A stretch of 64,000 bases of DNA from Pinctada imbricata (Eukaryota): positions 9,402,974 to 9,466,973 of the forward strand of contig VSWD01000002.1 of NCBI GenBank assembly GCA_033119305.1. Reading direction: 5' to 3'. The notes under the pieces were generated by a model. It was not told the DNA's origin. It searched no databases and saw only the letters and a program-made list of their open reading frames with translations. Below are positions 60,991 to 64,000 of the stretch, in pieces. The position numbers were made by a program, and so were the translations under genes. Numbering within the stretch: position 1 is the stretch's first letter; each line of letters opens with the position of its first letter.

Positions 60991-62809
60991 TTCGGTTACT
61001 TCTATTTTGGAAGATACAAAGTATCATCTTTGGTTGGACGATACAAATGGTCTATGACAGAATATCATTCACCATTCTGGAGAGTGGGACATCATAGTGT
61101 ATGACGAGTTCCCCATATCGACCGTAGAACTTCCTCAGTGACGATGTTAGTCGGTCACAAACGTATCCCTGACTGAGAAGCTTATCTGCAAGACGCCTAG
61201 CTCTCAGAATAAAATGTGTATATTTAGTATTGCTCTGGCATATAGAGCTGAGTTTTGGTATGTACATAGATACTGATGTTGATATTGAGCTGATTTTGGG
61301 TATGTAGATACATTATAGTATGATATACATTAAGTTGAAGTTTGGTTTTAGTTACCTGTTCTTACAAAAGGTGTGGCCTCTTAGGAAATTTCATGAGATT
61401 TTCTGTTTTCCGGACCTTTTATAATACACATATTGAACTTATGTTGATATGGGATTCATCTTTTGGTGTAAGTACAGGTCAAGGCAGAGTTGCAGGACAT
61501 GGATTAATGCCGGTAGGGGACTTATATCGCTTGTGATTCATTTATTTATTTCCTTTGTTTGCACTTTTTTTATTTATTCATGTATTTATTTGATTTGTTT
61601 TTGGTTTCCAAACATATGAAGAATTGTCATATTTTTGAAGCATGATGAAGTATGATCAAGAAAGCCCATCTTTCATTCATTTGCAAAAATAATGTCCCTT
61701 TGAAATTTGTTCGTGTTTTGTAGTTGAACAGCTCATTATTGCGATGGATCCTTTCATCTCTTCAAATAAACTTCTAAACCATAATCTGGATTTGTAATGA
61801 AAACGGTTTAGCGATTTATTATCACAAATACCAAATTATTATAGAAATAACACAGATAAAACATGAGTTTAATTGTTTAAAATTGTTAATTTCAAATGCA
61901 ATAAACATTTCGTTTCAAATCTAGATGATATTACAGAGATGCACAGATCAACAAGAACGCTAACGTTTCACGCTTATCAATTGACTACTCTTACAAAGAT
62001 GAGCATTTGAATTGTGCAAAAGCGTAAATCCGATAACAAAGGCACTTAATACATTTTAAAATTAGCTGAAAATTCTATGAAATATTGATAATTTTTATTA
62101 TAAGGACGAAAAAAAAACATAATAAATAATTTATATTCGGGTTTAATCCATTTCTTACATTCAAAGTGTTATTACTATAAACTTTGTTATGCACAAAGAA
62201 GATCTCAGTTTGTAGCCCGGCATCATATCAATCAATTCTTACTATTACCAAGCATAGCTACTTCACAAATGTGTAACCAAAAAGTAAGAAAATAGGCCGT
62301 TATTAACACAAAAAATAATGTAAATATATGTCAAATGGACATTCGAAAGTTTGTGCTCTTTTGGCTGAAGCAAGATCATGATCAGTGAATTGAGAAGTGA
62401 AACCTAATTTCAGACCACATCAGAATCTAGTCTTCTCTGAAGAGATCTGGACAGAACCTGTCATAGAGTCCTGTAATTATTTACTGTTGTACTATGTGTA
62501 TTAGTAATTAGCAAGCTAGAGGTGGGACCAGCTGCCCGGGAGGAGTAAGCATCCCCTGTTTGGATAGCCGCAACCGCCGTCGATGTTCACGCAGGAAAGT
62601 AAAGATATCTAAAATACATGCGCTGCCTGAGGTTATGTCTATATAGAAAGTGCTATGGCGACCATGTCAGGGAAAGACATTCAAAACACTTACTGTCAAA
62701 CCCCTCGTAGAGAATTGTCTTTCAGAAATAACAATATGCAACACGATTAAAAAATTAATTCAACATTGTGAAATTAATTAAAGAAAATTATTTTTCTCAT
62801 TGTTGACAG

Positions 62810-62875
62810 GACAAAGATGCCCGTGTGATAATTGCTGCCTTCTTTCCAGACAGAGCACAGGAAGTATTTTGCTTG
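62810..62875 (+). CDS. GABBR1: GABA-B-R1-like exon 5 (DKDARVIIAAFFPDRAQEVFCL)
   Basis: Acceptor TGTTGACAG|GAC; donor TTG|GTAAGA; 66 bp; matches '[23 protein letters not shown]'. Confidence 0.7.
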
Positions 62876-63544
62876 GTAAGAAAACTATATTGATATACAT
62901 GTAATTCCATGAATGATCCGTTTTCATCAAAACCGTTCTGTTCTTTTAAATGTTTTTCGTAAGCAAGCCCAGATGTTAGAGTCCCGTATCAAGGAACATG
63001 AATGGTTTTCTCGACACTCTTGCCTCCGATTCTCCAATATTCCACATAGGGACGAAAATGCATGGCCAGACACCGAAATCTCCATTTGAGTTTAACACTG
63101 ACATAATTGTTTTGAACTATGTCACAAAGTGGGTGCCAGTGTCAACGAAAACGACATCTGAAGCACGCAAGTTATATAGGGGGAATCTAGGAATAATAAA
63201 TTGCAAATTATTGCTCGCTTCTTGTAGTATCGGGTCTATGAAAATCGTTCCAAATTGGCAAAAGACAGTCTGAAGCGGTACGGGACATAACTGAGGACAT
63301 CGCTCACAAGCAATATGGAACCGTTGGGCATCTCTCTAAACTAAGAGGAGAGCAGAACATCAACCAATATTGAACAAGTTATTGAAAAACTACTCTATGA
63401 TGGCAACGGTTTGTAAAGAAAATCATCAGTGTAAATTCAACAAAATAAGAAAAAAAAAGATTGAAGCTGCAAAAATACTTTAATGTATCGTCCCATCGTT
63501 TCATTTAAAAATTTCATACATCTATTCTATGAAGAGCTAACTTG

Positions 63545-63712
63545 CAGCTCTCCTGGGTGTTTCATCCAAACAGGAGACGCTGACTCTCCCCGGGCACCTG
63601 GTCTCACTTCGTAATCTTGTTTATTCCGAGTTTCGCAACCGTTCCAATGGAAATTCCAATTATTTAACCTTGCCTTCTCGACTTTGAGTTTGAATAACTG
63701 ATAGGTACTTCT
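63545..63712 (-). mobile_element. SINE-like repeat copy in GABBR intron 5, followed at 63830-63880 by a degenerate hammerhead-family repeat
   Basis: Reverse complement aligns with 47200-47360. Confidence 0.55.
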
Positions 63713-64000
63713 GACCCTACAGAAATTAGCCGCATACTTTCTGTAAAGTAAATGCTGGCTCAAATTTCGATAATAAAAATAAAACTAGAGTGCGCTACAG
63801 AAATGAATTTTGGCGGCTTATGTAAAACACTTTGGCTGGAAGCATCACTGATGAGGATTTGATATCTTAAACACGTATCTGGTGCATAATAAATTGGTTG
63901 GAAATTTCCTTCAGTTGGAGCCCTTCCGTAGTATTCTTTCATGTTTATATTTTACAATAGAATATATCAAAACTTAAAATATATCACTTCTTATCATAAC

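Noticed and set aside
62998-63273. 91-aa ORF in GABBR intron 5
   Set aside because: No similarity to the next expected GABBR1 segment (YKERLFGKKYVWFLIGWY), no splice-site support, and low complexity.
1-64000. Prokaryotic-style gene, operon or promoter calls
   Set aside because: Spliced genes with canonical GT-AG introns, SINE/MITE/Helitron-like repeats and satellites show that this is a eukaryotic nuclear sequence.

Overview
This window is AT-rich eukaryotic genomic DNA. I infer, without being able to prove it here, that it comes from a bivalve mollusc, because it is full of satellite-carrying Helitron-like (pearl/Helentron-type) elements, SINE-like repeats and hammerhead-ribozyme repeats. 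I found no prokaryotic genes, rRNA, tRNA or CRISPR arrays.

Two protein-coding genes can be supported on the + strand:
- Gene 1 (about 10.0-19.3 kb) is multi-exon. Its main evidence is a 3.78 kb exon (11386-15165) that encodes a low-complexity nuclear-type protein. That protein has three RNA-polymerase-II-CTD-like heptads (YSPTSPA), seven near-identical 47-aa repeats, and a long RS/'DYSRSRTRSRSRR' domain. I could not identify its family. Four flanking exons have mutually consistent splice phases.
- Gene 2 (52.7 kb to beyond the window end) is the 5' part of a GABA-B receptor subunit 1-like gene. It comprises a signal-peptide exon plus four further exons whose translations align colinearly with the GABBR1 N-terminal ligand-binding domain as I recall it.

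The rest of the window is a mosaic of tandem arrays and nested non-autonomous mobile elements. The arrays have unit lengths of roughly 27, 40, 37, 22, 140-190, 150 and 160 bp.

The most interesting items are:
- Several copies of a repeat family carry well-formed type I hammerhead ribozymes. One of them is a head-to-tail dimer with a 145-bp period (retrozyme-like).
- A 'hairpin - (GTCY)n microsatellite - tandem array' element family is present in at least eight copies, and different copies carry different satellite monomers.
- A 2.6 kb member of that family sits in intron 4 of the GABA-B receptor gene and carries two nested insertions, a MITE with a 3-bp ATT target-site duplication and a SINE-like element. 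An uninterrupted paralogue at 8.7-9.6 kb serves as an in-window empty site.

All coordinates were derived by hand from the printed sequence and may be off by a few bases.
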